Origin: an uncultured Candidatus Saccharibacteria bacterium
Lineage (GTDB): Bacteria > Patescibacteriota > Minisyncoccia > Phycocordibacterales > SBAW01
Length of the DNA: 64,000 nucleotides
NCBI GenBank assembly: GCA_964457915.1
Contig: CAYWFM010000001.1
Span: 34,623 to 98,622, forward strand
Reading direction: 5' to 3'
Of this stretch, positions 55,490 through 64,000 are shown piece by piece (the stretch's first letter is position 1; the number at the start of each line of letters is the position of its first letter). Under the pieces are notes generated by a model. That model saw nothing but the letters and a program-made list of their open reading frames with translations, made no database searches and was not told where the DNA came from. The translations under genes and the position numbers were made by a program.

Positions 55490-57878
55490 AGCATTGTTGG
55501 AGCCCCACTGCCGTTTGTTGATTGAGCGTATTGAGTTGTGCTTGGAGACTCGCCCTGTTTTGTTGAGCAGTAGTCACATCGTTTTGAGTATATATTTGCC
55601 CGCTCCCTTTTGCTGATTGGTACTGGCTGGTCACCGTGCCTGTATCATCAGTTGATACCGCTGAGAGTGCCGCGCTTTGAAGTTGTTCAAGGGTAGAGAT
55701 GGAGTTGTTTGCGGAGAGTATATTTTCATTCAGACCTGCTACCCGCTCTTCAAGCGAGACAATTGTGCTTGAAGCTGCTCGCGCGTTAGTAAGTGCGACC
55801 GCTTGTTGGCTAAGTGTACTGGTTGAAATGAGGGCGCTTGAGGCAGATTGATTTGCCGCCGTATTCCAGCAATTATAAAGGTCGTTGAGCTGAGACTGTG
55901 AGGTCTGAATATCAGCAATACTCCCCTGCTGGATGCCAGCATAGTTTTGTGCCATGATGGTACTTTCCTGCATTTGGACAATGAGATTCTGTGATCCTGT
56001 TTGGGCAGCTAGTTGGTCTGCAGTATAAAAGTTACTTGAATATCCGCCCGCACCACTGAGTGTTGAGAGGCCGCTCTGTAGTGTGCGTGTTACGAGCTGG
56101 GTGATGAGTGCGCTAATAATTTCATCGAAACTTTTTGCCATGTCCAGTTCGGTAAAGGTGCTATTTTGAGTAGCCCCCAAACTCTGTGCAATAACGTGGC
56201 CGGGTGTGGTATCTTGCAGATCACATACTTCATACTGTGTAGCGCCGCCGTTCCCGCCCGACAGCTCTCTGACTGATCGATAGGCGTTCTCATCGGTTCG
56301 GGTGCTGCTGGTGGTGCAACGCGTCTTCTTTTTGAAGTCTAAGAATCCGTTACCCTGTAAGAGCTGTCTATTTTGTTCATTAATGTTTGCCGTTATGGCA
56401 GCGCTCACGCCAAGTGAGCCATAGGCATATGCGCCGTATGGGTTGTTGGTGGGCACAGTAGTAAACGCAAGGAATCCTTGCCATCCTCCTGCAGAGAAGT
56501 TGCCGTTCATAAAGCCATTTATGTTTCCTATGACCTGTGAGAGTCTACAGGAGTTAGCATTTCTGTTTGCATAACTTTGTGCTACAGCAATGCGTATTTG
56601 AAGTTGGAAGGGGCTGCAAAGGAACGAAAGTGCGCTTCCGCGGATATAGTTACCAGCCGCTTGGTCGGCAAGGTTTGCAAAAAAAGTATTTGGATTTGTT
56701 ACGAATGAGGGTGATCCATTAAACCCATTATTGATCCAATTCACCACGCTATTCGTTATTTGGTTGAGCACCATCTTGGCGACGTTACGGGTGAGGCAGC
56801 TCATAAAAGTGTTGGTTGAAAAATTTGAGAGATCCCCACCTTTAAGAGCGCCCAAAATACCACCAATAGCTCCCGCCGCGGCACCCTGAGCAACATAATT
56901 ACCTAAGTCGAGGCTCATGACTGAAATAGCTGCGGTGCTGCCAACAACAGGTCCTGCTGTGCCAGCAACTGCCCCCACCGCTGTTGCTGTTCCCGCTGCG
57001 GCGCCCCCCGCCGTAGAGCTTAAGTGAAACAGTTGCGCCGCACCGCACGTCGCAGCACCAACAAGCCCTGCAGCAGCAAGGGCTGTCAGTGCACCCCCTG
57101 CTGCTGAGCCTCCGCCTCCTGAGCCAAGGTTTCCTCCTATGTTTGGCAAAATACCGCCATTCCCTGACGGGTTAGAGCCGTTAATTTGGGTGATAGGAGT
57201 TGGGTTAAATAGGCTGCCGCCGCCCTGGATGAGCCAATCGACTCCCCCCGTATTACTGTCACCTAAGACTGTGCCTGTTGTGGTTGCGGGCGTATATACA
57301 TAGCCTCCGTTAGTGGTGGTGCCAAAACCTCCCCCACCTCCATATGGGTTGCTACTGGTCCCCGTTGAACCATAAGGATTATAGGTGGTTGTTCCTGAAC
57401 CATAGGTTAGTGTGCCATTTCCTCCTGTACCATAAGGCGCCAACTCAATAGTGTATAAGGTTGTGGTGCCAGTACCAACGGGTGCCGCGAGATAGTTACT
57501 CGTGACATTATCTATAGTGATGACATAGTTTCCCGCGCCCAGTATTCCAGCACCATCAAGTGGGTCAACTACATATGTACCACCACCAGTAGGAGTAATA
57601 GTATAATTCCCAACCTGCTGCCCATTTATTCCTTGAATAGCATATTTCCCTGAAGGTATGTTTTTTACCGGTTGTCCGGTACCGATAACTGGCGAGCCGA
57701 TATTCGTTGGGGTTGTTGAACCGGTACCATTGGGGTTTTTATTGGGCGAAGTGCCAAACGAACCGGTGCCTTGAGAAGGGGTGGTTTGAGCCCGATTAAG
57801 GAACCACCACCACCCAAACCCGATAAGCATAGCCACCACAAGGCCGGCGACTATGGTGATGATGATTTGTTTGTTCAT
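55479..57878 (-). CDS. Large Gly/Thr/Ser/Asn-rich surface protein with internal Ala/Gly-rich hydrophobic segment
   Basis: 799 aa. N-terminal TM anchor, repetitive GTG/TTP/YG motifs, central AAGxxAAG hydrophobic stretch. No catalytic motif seen. Confidence 0.45.
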   Translation of the reverse strand: MNKQIIITIVAGLVVAMLIGFGWWWFLNRAQTTPSQGTGSFGTSPNKNPNGTGSTTPTNIGSPVIGTGQPVKNIPSGKYAIQGINGQQVGNYTITPTGGGTYVVDPLDGAGILGAGNYVITIDNVTSNYLAAPVGTGTTTLYTIELAPYGTGGNGTLTYGSGTTTYNPYGSTGTSSNPYGGGGGFGTTTNGGYVYTPATTTGTVLGDSNTGGVDWLIQGGGSLFNPTPITQINGSNPSGNGGILPNIGGNLGSGGGGSAAGGALTALAAAGLVGAATCGAAQLFHLSSTAGGAAAGTATAVGAVAGTAGPVVGSTAAISVMSLDLGNYVAQGAAAGAIGGILGALKGGDLSNFSTNTFMSCLTRNVAKMVLNQITNSVVNWINNGFNGSPSFVTNPNTFFANLADQAAGNYIRGSALSFLCSPFQLQIRIAVAQSYANRNANSCRLSQVIGNINGFMNGNFSAGGWQGFLAFTTVPTNNPYGAYAYGSLGVSAAITANINEQNRQLLQGNGFLDFKKKTRCTTSSTRTDENAYRSVRELSGGNGGATQYEVCDLQDTTPGHVIAQSLGATQNSTFTELDMAKSFDEIISALITQLVTRTLQSGLSTLSGAGGYSSNFYTADQLAAQTGSQNLIVQMQESTIMAQNYAGIQQGSIADIQTSQSQLNDLYNCWNTAANQSASSALISTSTLSQQAVALTNARAASSTIVSLEERVAGLNENILSANNSISTLEQLQSAALSAVSTDDTGTVTSQYQSAKGSGQIYTQNDVTTAQQNRASLQAQLNTLNQQTAVGLQQCYAF

Positions 57879-57879
57879 G

Positions 57880-58779
57880 CTACTGCGCGGACAAAAGCAC
57901 AGCCCATGCTGCGCCTGGCTCGTCCTTCTTAAAAAGTATACCGTTTTTATTGAATGCTTGGGCTATGTTTATGAACACTCTGAAGGTTTCTTGTGTGAGC
58001 GATTGGTACAGCTGGAGTCCGGTAGAGCCACGAACGGTGTCGGTAAGAATGTCGTCCATAAGATCATAAGTGTTGGCGATCTTTTGAAAATTATTTACCA
58101 ACTGGAGATGAAAGGGGGCTAGTGTGCGAGGGACGCGCACCGCCACGAGTTGGGTTGCTATACCCTGGTAGCGGCTTTGTATGGCAGATAGGTTTTTTAA
58201 GGGGCTCTGGTCTTGAGATGCGGAGGCATTATCAAGAGCTACCATGGTTGCTGCGTACTCGTTTTCCTTGTTGCGCATCAGTAATGTTGCTAAGGCGTTA
58301 CCATACTCACGTTGTGAGGAGGCAGAATCCTCGACGATATGGAGATCTGCCTGAGAAAACGACCCCTGCACCTGCTCTTTCTTAATTTGTGCCGTTGCCT
58401 GAGCGACAATTTGGTCTTGGGTGGGAATGTCGTTGCCTAGTCCTTGTGATTTTGCTGCCCCAAGGTTGACAAACAGGGTTCGCGCCACGGTGTCGGTGAG
58501 TGTACTACTCTGTGCTGCAGCAAGCTGCTTTGATAAGGTTTCGCTATCGGGGGGTTGCGGAGCTGTTATTCCTGACTGGTCTTGGATGGTGGCAAGACTC
58601 GTTTGCCAATCTCCCTGCCCGGCCGAGGCTGTAGGATTGTGGGGTATTGTCGCGGAATTAAGAAAGACTTGTTTTGGTGCGGTGAGAGTTTGGGCGCCAT
58701 AAACGAGCCCACAAGCGAGAAATATTGATGAAAATAGCAATATAAATTGGCCGCTGGGTAGGTAGGGGCGAAGACTCAT
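57880..58779 (-). CDS. Hypothetical secreted protein (first gene of the T4SS-like operon)
   Basis: 299 aa, N-terminal TM/signal, Gln/Ala-rich. Confidence 0.4.
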   Translation of the reverse strand: MSLRPYLPSGQFILLFSSIFLACGLVYGAQTLTAPKQVFLNSATIPHNPTASAGQGDWQTSLATIQDQSGITAPQPPDSETLSKQLAAAQSSTLTDTVARTLFVNLGAAKSQGLGNDIPTQDQIVAQATAQIKKEQVQGSFSQADLHIVEDSASSQREYGNALATLLMRNKENEYAATMVALDNASASQDQSPLKNLSAIQSRYQGIATQLVAVRVPRTLAPFHLQLVNNFQKIANTYDLMDDILTDTVRGSTGLQLYQSLTQETFRVFINIAQAFNKNGILFKKDEPGAAWAVLLSAQ

Positions 58780-58818
58780 ACACTACAGTATACCGTTTTT
58801 TACCGGTATACTACGAAT

Positions 58819-60279
58819 ATGATAGCCCTGATACAGATGTTGTGTGCGTATGTATTAGTGATTTGCCAGGTTCTGGCGGCTCCACTCGTTTTCTTGGGCC
58901 ACTCTGCACAATTAGCTGCAGTGTCGTACGCACAAAATACCCAAACAACCGCACTTGAAGGAGGTTCCTACAACCTGTACTCCCCTTCGGAAGATCTCAC
59001 GCTAATGAGTGGTGTGACAGACCCTTCTGGAAATCCGCATTTATACAAACGAAATCTGGAAAATTTTAGAGAATTCAGCCCTATAGTATTAGGAAATACC
59101 GAAACGCACTATAGCGACCCCTCTATAGTCACGCTTCTCGATCAATCTTCTACAAAATATCTTTATTTTACAAGACTTTCTGCTCAGGATGCTGCTTCAA
59201 GCACGCTTGCGAGGCTCAATAATCATATTGGGGTTGCTATTAGTACCGATGGAGGGGTTTCCTGGGAGGATAAAGGTACACTTATTGGTCAGGCAAATGG
59301 AATAGACGCTCGAGGTGCGTGGTCACCAGGTGCAGTACTTACAAAAGATGCTCAACTGTGGGTATATTTCAGTACTAACTATCCGGGAGATATCACGGTG
59401 TATCGTGCGCTTTTGGACCAAAGCGGCACTAATGTGATTGCTACTGAGCGCACATATCTTATCGATGAAAAGACACCCAAAGCGCTTACCGGATTTGATG
59501 TTTCTGTGTCACTCGCTGGTGATGGGTATCAAATGGTTATTAACAAAGATTTTTCTTCCATATACCGGTATATCAGTAACGATGGGATACATTGGTATAC
59601 AGACACCCAAACCAATAATCCTGTTGTCGCCGCACAAAAGGGTTCGGTGGTACGCGGAGCGATACAAAAAAACAACACCATATACTTCTCGGGCGGCTCT
59701 GTTGAAAAGGGCATATTTAACACGCTTAATAGTGTCGATATGGCTACCTTGTCTACACAGGCAAGTTTTTCGTATGTTGATGCGCAGCAGCAGCTTGGAT
59801 TTCAAACAGGACAACCAAGCGGTTCAAGTTCTAATGCTGGGGGCTCCGGTGGCATGGCCGTCATGGTTGGGGTTATGGGAATTGCAGCCATTGCGGGTCT
59901 AACGTACCTAATAACAGGAGCGACTGCGGCTGGAACCACAGCGGCGACCGTGGGTACGGCGGCGGTTAGTTCAAATTTAACAGGTTTTTCTTTTGGTGGG
60001 CGAATAGGCGTGGTGGTTCCTTGTGTTAGTGCCCTCGGACCATCTCTTTGGGTACAGCTTGCGGTGCCTGCAAGTTTGCTCTTGCCACCCTATTCATACA
60101 TATGGACTCCTGCTACCATGGTTGGGATCCCACCAAAGCCACCCTCTATCCCCCCATCGCACCCAGGACAGGAAATAAAAGGACGGTTTGATATACCCTA
60201 TGTGTGTTTTACCTACAGCGTCCCACCTATACCGCTGTACGGGTTACGTATGCAAACAGAACAGGTGAGCGCTATATAG
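58819..60279 (+). CDS. Asp-box (BNR) repeat, sialidase/glycoside-hydrolase-like surface protein with C-terminal membrane anchor
   Basis: STDGGVSWE and SNDGIHWY match the SxDxGxTW Asp-box. N-terminal signal peptide, C-terminal Gly-rich linker plus TM helix. Confidence 0.4.
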   Translation: MIALIQMLCAYVLVICQVLAAPLVFLGHSAQLAAVSYAQNTQTTALEGGSYNLYSPSEDLTLMSGVTDPSGNPHLYKRNLENFREFSPIVLGNTETHYSDPSIVTLLDQSSTKYLYFTRLSAQDAASSTLARLNNHIGVAISTDGGVSWEDKGTLIGQANGIDARGAWSPGAVLTKDAQLWVYFSTNYPGDITVYRALLDQSGTNVIATERTYLIDEKTPKALTGFDVSVSLAGDGYQMVINKDFSSIYRYISNDGIHWYTDTQTNNPVVAAQKGSVVRGAIQKNNTIYFSGGSVEKGIFNTLNSVDMATLSTQASFSYVDAQQQLGFQTGQPSGSSSNAGGSGGMAVMVGVMGIAAIAGLTYLITGATAAGTTAATVGTAAVSSNLTGFSFGGRIGVVVPCVSALGPSLWVQLAVPASLLLPPYSYIWTPATMVGIPPKPPSIPPSHPGQEIKGRFDIPYVCFTYSVPPIPLYGLRMQTEQVSAI

Positions 60280-61045
60280 AAAATAATTGCAACCACTTTT
60301 GGAGCAGCACATCCTCGGCGCGGGCGTTTTCAGGAATTCCTGCTTTTTGAAGTAGCTCGCCAGCTTCTTGCCCCAAAACACTCTCAAGATTGCGGCGCAA
60401 GAGTTTGCGTTTTTGAGCAAATCCAGCATGAAGGATCTCAAAAAAACGTTGTTCTTCCTCACTATTTTTAAAATGGGTGCGAGAAATATTCTGTACCCGC
60501 AATACGGCCGAGTCGACATTAGGGGCTGGAGAGAATGCCCCCCGCGGTACGGTCTTGATATACTGCGGCTCGCCATATGCTTTGACCGAAAGAGAAAGGA
60601 GACTTTCTTTTTTGGAGCGCGCAATGCGCTCGGCGACCTCTTTTTGGATAAGGAAAACAAGGCTTTTTGGCTGATGCTGGGACGAGAGGAAAGAGCGAAG
60701 CAGAGCGCCGGTAATGTAGTACGGAATATTCCCCACTACTTTGTAGGGGGTTTTCTGGAGCTTTTTGGGGAGTTCAAACTCGAGCGCGTCCCCTTCAATT
60801 AGTTGTAACTGCCCATCTGCACATTCCCTCAAAAACGTTTCAGAAAGAATTGGTATAAGACGCGAGTCTTTTTCAACTGCGACAACCTGTGCGCCGCGCG
60901 CAAGCAGCTCGCGCGTGAGCGTCCCCTCCCCTGGTCCAATTTCTACCACCAACTCACCAGGCACGATCTCCACCGCATCTGCGATGGTCCGCAAATACGC
61001 GGGTGAGGTGAGAAAATGCTGACCAAGCGACTTCTTCTTATACAT
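60272..61045 (-). CDS. rsmA: 16S rRNA (adenine1518/1519-N6)-dimethyltransferase
   Basis: LGQHFL, VVEIGPGEGTLT SAM motif, NIPY motif. The start is set at MYKKKSLGQHFL (ATG 61045), because the longer ORF would overlap pcrA. Confidence 0.85.
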   Translation of the reverse strand: MYKKKSLGQHFLTSPAYLRTIADAVEIVPGELVVEIGPGEGTLTRELLARGAQVVAVEKDSRLIPILSETFLRECADGQLQLIEGDALEFELPKKLQKTPYKVVGNIPYYITGALLRSFLSSQHQPKSLVFLIQKEVAERIARSKKESLLSLSVKAYGEPQYIKTVPRGAFSPAPNVDSAVLRVQNISRTHFKNSEEEQRFFEILHAGFAQKRKLLRRNLESVLGQEAGELLQKAGIPENARAEDVLLQKWLQLFSI

Positions 61046-61055
61046 AACGTGAACT

Positions 61056-62990
61056 TTAGTCGAGATAGATGGTTTTTCCAAGGCGCTCGGGCGCTTCAAG
61101 TTCGAGGAGTTCACCCGAAATGTCAGAGAGAAATTGTGAGGGTAGTGTCGCTGTCTTTGCTCCAAAAATGGTTCGGTACGAAGCGTAGCACAGATACACC
61201 TTTTTTTGTGCACGAGTTATTGCTACATACATCAGTCGACGCTCCTCTTCCTTGTCAGCTTCGTCGTCACCCTCGCGTGCGTAGGGGAAGAGACCTTCCT
61301 CGAGTCCGGTAATAAACACATGAGCAAACTCCAACCCCTTAGATGCATGCACTGTCATGAGCCGCACCGAGTTTGCCTCATCCTTCAGTTCGTCTTGGTC
61401 GCTGGCGAGTGCTGCGCTTTCAAGAAAAGCGTCGAGCCCTGCATGTAAAGAGATGTCTGTTACAAGCGGGTACTCGTCGTAGCGCGCTGCGAGCGATACC
61501 AGCTCTTTGAGGTTCTCAAGGCGCTCAGCTCCCTCAAGTTTGTCTTCTTTATGCATCCGCTCCAAACCTGTCTCACTAATAACAAAGCGCACCAGCTCAG
61601 AGGGGGAGAGTTTTTCTGCTGCCTGTGCAATGGTGTGCAGGAGCTTGCGCAGCTCGATTACTTTTTCGCGTACCTTGCCAGTGAGCTCTCCTTCTTTTTC
61701 AGCGAGGATTTTCAGTAGGGTAACTTTGCCAATGCCGCGGGGTGGTACGTTTGCTATGCGCGCCAAGTCTGCCGTGGTACCAAACACTGCGGCGCGGATA
61801 AATGACAGGGCATCTTTGACCTCTCTGCGTTCAAAGAAGCGCGTGCCGAGCACTTGGTAGGGGATGTCGGCGCGCAGCAAGGCCTCCTCGATGGCTCGTG
61901 ACTGAAAATTGGCTCGGTATAGTACGGCAAAATCGCGCGGCTGCTTCCCTTTTTCTATTCCCTCGCGCACTATGCGTGCAATAAAGTTTGCCTCATCGAG
62001 TTCATCAAACGCCTGGTAGAGCGCAAGCTGCTCACCATCGGCATTTTTGGTGAATAGGTTTTTTTCTGGACGATACGTATTCTTCTCTATAATTTCATTT
62101 GCTGCTTGGAGTATTGCCTTCGTTGAACGATAATTCTCCTCGAGTGTTACTATCTTTGCGCCGGGGAAGGTACGTTCAAACGACATAATATTTTTTATCT
62201 CAGCACCGCGCCACCCATAAATCGTTTGGTCGACGTCTCCCACTGCGCAAATATTTTTTTGTGAGCCGACAAGCGATTCAAGAATGCGCGCTTGGACATG
62301 GTTGGTGTCTTGGTATTCATCGACATGTATATATCGCCAACGATTTTGGTAGTGGTGGCGCACGGTGTCGTTGTCACGAAGCAAGAGCATCGAGCGCAGC
62401 AAGAGATCATCAAAATCAACGGCGCCATCTTTGCGTAGCGCTGCGTCATATATCCCCCACACCTTGGCCACCAGATCTTCACGGTAGTTGCGCGCGCTTC
62501 CAGCAAAGTCGGTGAGAGTTGCCCCCTGCCCTTTTGCTTTTGAGATCATGGAAAGTGCCGCTCGCGGCTCGAAACTTTCATCAAATTGTTTGAGTGCAGC
62601 CTTTATCTCGCGCATCGAGTCGGCACGATCATAGATCGTAGGGGTGCGTGTAAAACCGAGGAGTTTCGCGTTCTCTTTAATAATAAGGAGACCTAGCGAG
62701 TGGAAGGTGGATACAAAAGGGGTACCAGAGCGATTTTGGCGCTCTTCGGGTAGTGCGCGATTGTCTCGAAGGATAGCAATAACCCTCTCACGCATCTCGC
62801 CAGCTGATTTATTAGTGAAGGTGATGGCGAGAACCTGTTCGGGTGCGGTGCCCTGTCGTACAATCTCCAAAATTCGATGCGCGATGACGCGCGTCTTCCC
62901 CGCCCCTGCTCCTGCAAGCACAAGAAGGGGTCCTTCGGTGTTAGTGACCGCTTCGCGTTGAGCGGGATTTAATTTTTCAAGATGGGACAC
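61056..62990 (-). CDS. pcrA: UvrD/PcrA/Rep-family ATP-dependent DNA helicase
   Basis: LNPAQREAV...VLAGAGAGKTRV (motif I), DEYQDTN (motif II), and other SF1 motifs. GTG start. Confidence 0.9.
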   Translation of the reverse strand: MSHLEKLNPAQREAVTNTEGPLLVLAGAGAGKTRVIAHRILEIVRQGTAPEQVLAITFTNKSAGEMRERVIAILRDNRALPEERQNRSGTPFVSTFHSLGLLIIKENAKLLGFTRTPTIYDRADSMREIKAALKQFDESFEPRAALSMISKAKGQGATLTDFAGSARNYREDLVAKVWGIYDAALRKDGAVDFDDLLLRSMLLLRDNDTVRHHYQNRWRYIHVDEYQDTNHVQARILESLVGSQKNICAVGDVDQTIYGWRGAEIKNIMSFERTFPGAKIVTLEENYRSTKAILQAANEIIEKNTYRPEKNLFTKNADGEQLALYQAFDELDEANFIARIVREGIEKGKQPRDFAVLYRANFQSRAIEEALLRADIPYQVLGTRFFERREVKDALSFIRAAVFGTTADLARIANVPPRGIGKVTLLKILAEKEGELTGKVREKVIELRKLLHTIAQAAEKLSPSELVRFVISETGLERMHKEDKLEGAERLENLKELVSLAARYDEYPLVTDISLHAGLDAFLESAALASDQDELKDEANSVRLMTVHASKGLEFAHVFITGLEEGLFPYAREGDDEADKEEERRLMYVAITRAQKKVYLCYASYRTIFGAKTATLPSQFLSDISGELLELEAPERLGKTIYLD

Positions 62991-63228
62991 CTCTACACCC
63001 TACCGCATTTTTAGTAAAAACGCTTAAACCACACTATCCACAGCGGCATGTTGGCAAGATTGACGCACCCCAACAGGAGGGTATCATTAGCTGCACGGAT
63101 GAAAGGACGGTGAAAAAGGTTTACTAAAGCCATTTTCAACCAAGACGGTTGCCACTCCCCCACTTACTTTGTCTTCACTGCCCCATAAAGACCCTTCGTC
63201 ACGAAATAGCCGTGGGAAGGTAAAAAAA

Positions 63229-64000
63229 GTGTTGTTTTTAGGACTTGCTACCGGTGGGAGTCTTTTTTTGTCGGCTCCGACCTTTGCCTCTGCTAACTTT
63301 TTTACCTCTCTATTGCAAAAAAGCACACCGACCGCGAGCGCGCCAGAGGTATCGTATAACTCACAAACCATGCCGCTTCTTGCTGCGGCAGCGAGTATAG
63401 ATCCTTCAGCAGTGCCAAGTGAAGTGCCGATAGTAAATGGCGAGGCTCTAGAGTCTCAAGATAACCCACTGCGCCCTGGGGATACCGCCACGCCGCTCAC
63501 AAATCCACAAATTAGCGTGTACAAGGTGCGCTCTGGTGATACGCTCTCCACTATTGCCAAGATGTTTGGTGTTGATACGAATACCATTGTCGGTGCAAAT
63601 AATATTAAAAATGGCACTATCCATCCCGGTGAAGAATTCGTCATTCTCCCTATTACGGGCATTCGGCACACCGTGCTGAAGGGTGAAACGCTCGCAAGTC
63701 TCGAAAAGACGTATCGCTCTGATGCGCATGATATAGCGTTGTATAACAACCTTTCTGACGATGCGACACTGGTGCCGGGCGTTTCTATTATTATTCCAAA
63801 CGCGGAAGTGCCTGCTCCTGCGCCAACAAAGACTGTCGCTAAGTCGAAATCAAGCACCACGAAGGCAAGTAAGACTAAAGGATTTAAGCCAGCTCCACTG
63901 CGCAACGCGGGCGGGCCTGAGTATGACGGCTATTATGACTGGCCGGTTGCCGGTGGCGTCATCACCCAGTCACTGCACGGGTACAACGGTGTCGACATTG
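63229..64000 (+). CDS. LysM-domain M23-family peptidase (partial; continues past window end)
   Basis: GTG start with a GGAAGG RBS. N-terminal signal/TM. Two LysM repeats (YKVRSGDTLSTIAKMFGV, HTVLKGETLASLEKTYRS). The start of an M23 domain (GGVITQSLHGYNGVDI) is at the edge. Absent from the ORF track because no stop lies in the window. Confidence 0.6.
   Translation, partial: MLFLGLATGGSLFLSAPTFASANFFTSLLQKSTPTASAPEVSYNSQTMPLLAAAASIDPSAVPSEVPIVNGEALESQDNPLRPGDTATPLTNPQISVYKVRSGDTLSTIAKMFGVDTNTIVGANNIKNGTIHPGEEFVILPITGIRHTVLKGETLASLEKTYRSDAHDIALYNNLSDDATLVPGVSIIIPNAEVPAPAPTKTVAKSKSSTTKASKTKGFKPAPLRNAGGPEYDGYYDWPVAGGVITQSLHGYNGVDI

Noticed and set aside
63087-63905. Three minus-strand ORFs (94, 93, 149 aa) in the ORF track
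   Set aside because: They are fully overlapped by the plus-strand LysM/M23 reading frame, which has clear domain motifs and an RBS. The minus-strand translations are low-complexity with no motifs.
1-64000. CRISPR arrays, transposases, integrases, prophage
   Set aside because: No short regularly spaced repeats, no DDE/Tyr-recombinase-like proteins and no phage structural genes were seen. The only repeat is the 24-bp pair around the trpF-like gene.

Overview
This 64-kb window reads as a contiguous chromosomal segment of a small, gene-dense bacterial genome, about 50% GC, with almost no intergenic space. The gene content points to a Saccharibacteria (TM7)-like member of the Candidate Phyla Radiation; this is an inference from gene content, not a database hit. 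The clues are a cytochrome bo3-type quinol oxidase (cyoABC), two PilB/GspE-type type IV pilus ATPases with PilC and pilins carrying class-III signal peptides, and a VirB4-centred type IV secretion-like operon.

The window spans the replication origin region: dnaN and dnaA on the minus strand, diverging from rpmH-rnpA-yidC-jag on the plus strand. Housekeeping genes include rplS, rpsT, ruvA/B/C, ruvX, polA, tsaE, tyrS, a class A PBP, a MurE-like ligase, ksgA, pcrA/uvrD and yebC. I hand-folded six tRNAs: Leu-GAG, Val-TAC, Arg-TCT, Ser-TGA, Arg-GCG and Lys-TTT.

Four regions are worth a second look:
- About 11.98-17.56 kb: a sensor kinase and a receiver-only response regulator are physically interleaved with three enzymes — an E1/ThiF-like adenylyltransferase with an extra N-terminal domain, a PaaK/F390-synthetase-like adenylate-forming enzyme, and a tandem nitroreductase-fold protein. 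The kinase sits directly upstream of an operon of three prepilin-type proteins.
- 46.8-58.8 kb: a roughly 12-kb minus-strand operon of secreted and polytopic membrane proteins with a VirB4-like ATPase (DEAW Walker B), a giant VirB6-like protein, a PrgI/VirB3-like protein and a candidate pilin.
- 23.46-23.99 kb: a roughly 500-nt ORF-free region with its own minus-strand intrinsic terminator, probably a structured ncRNA that I could not classify.
- A perfect 24-bp direct repeat bracketing an isolated trpF-like gene.

I found no CRISPR array, transposase or integrase.
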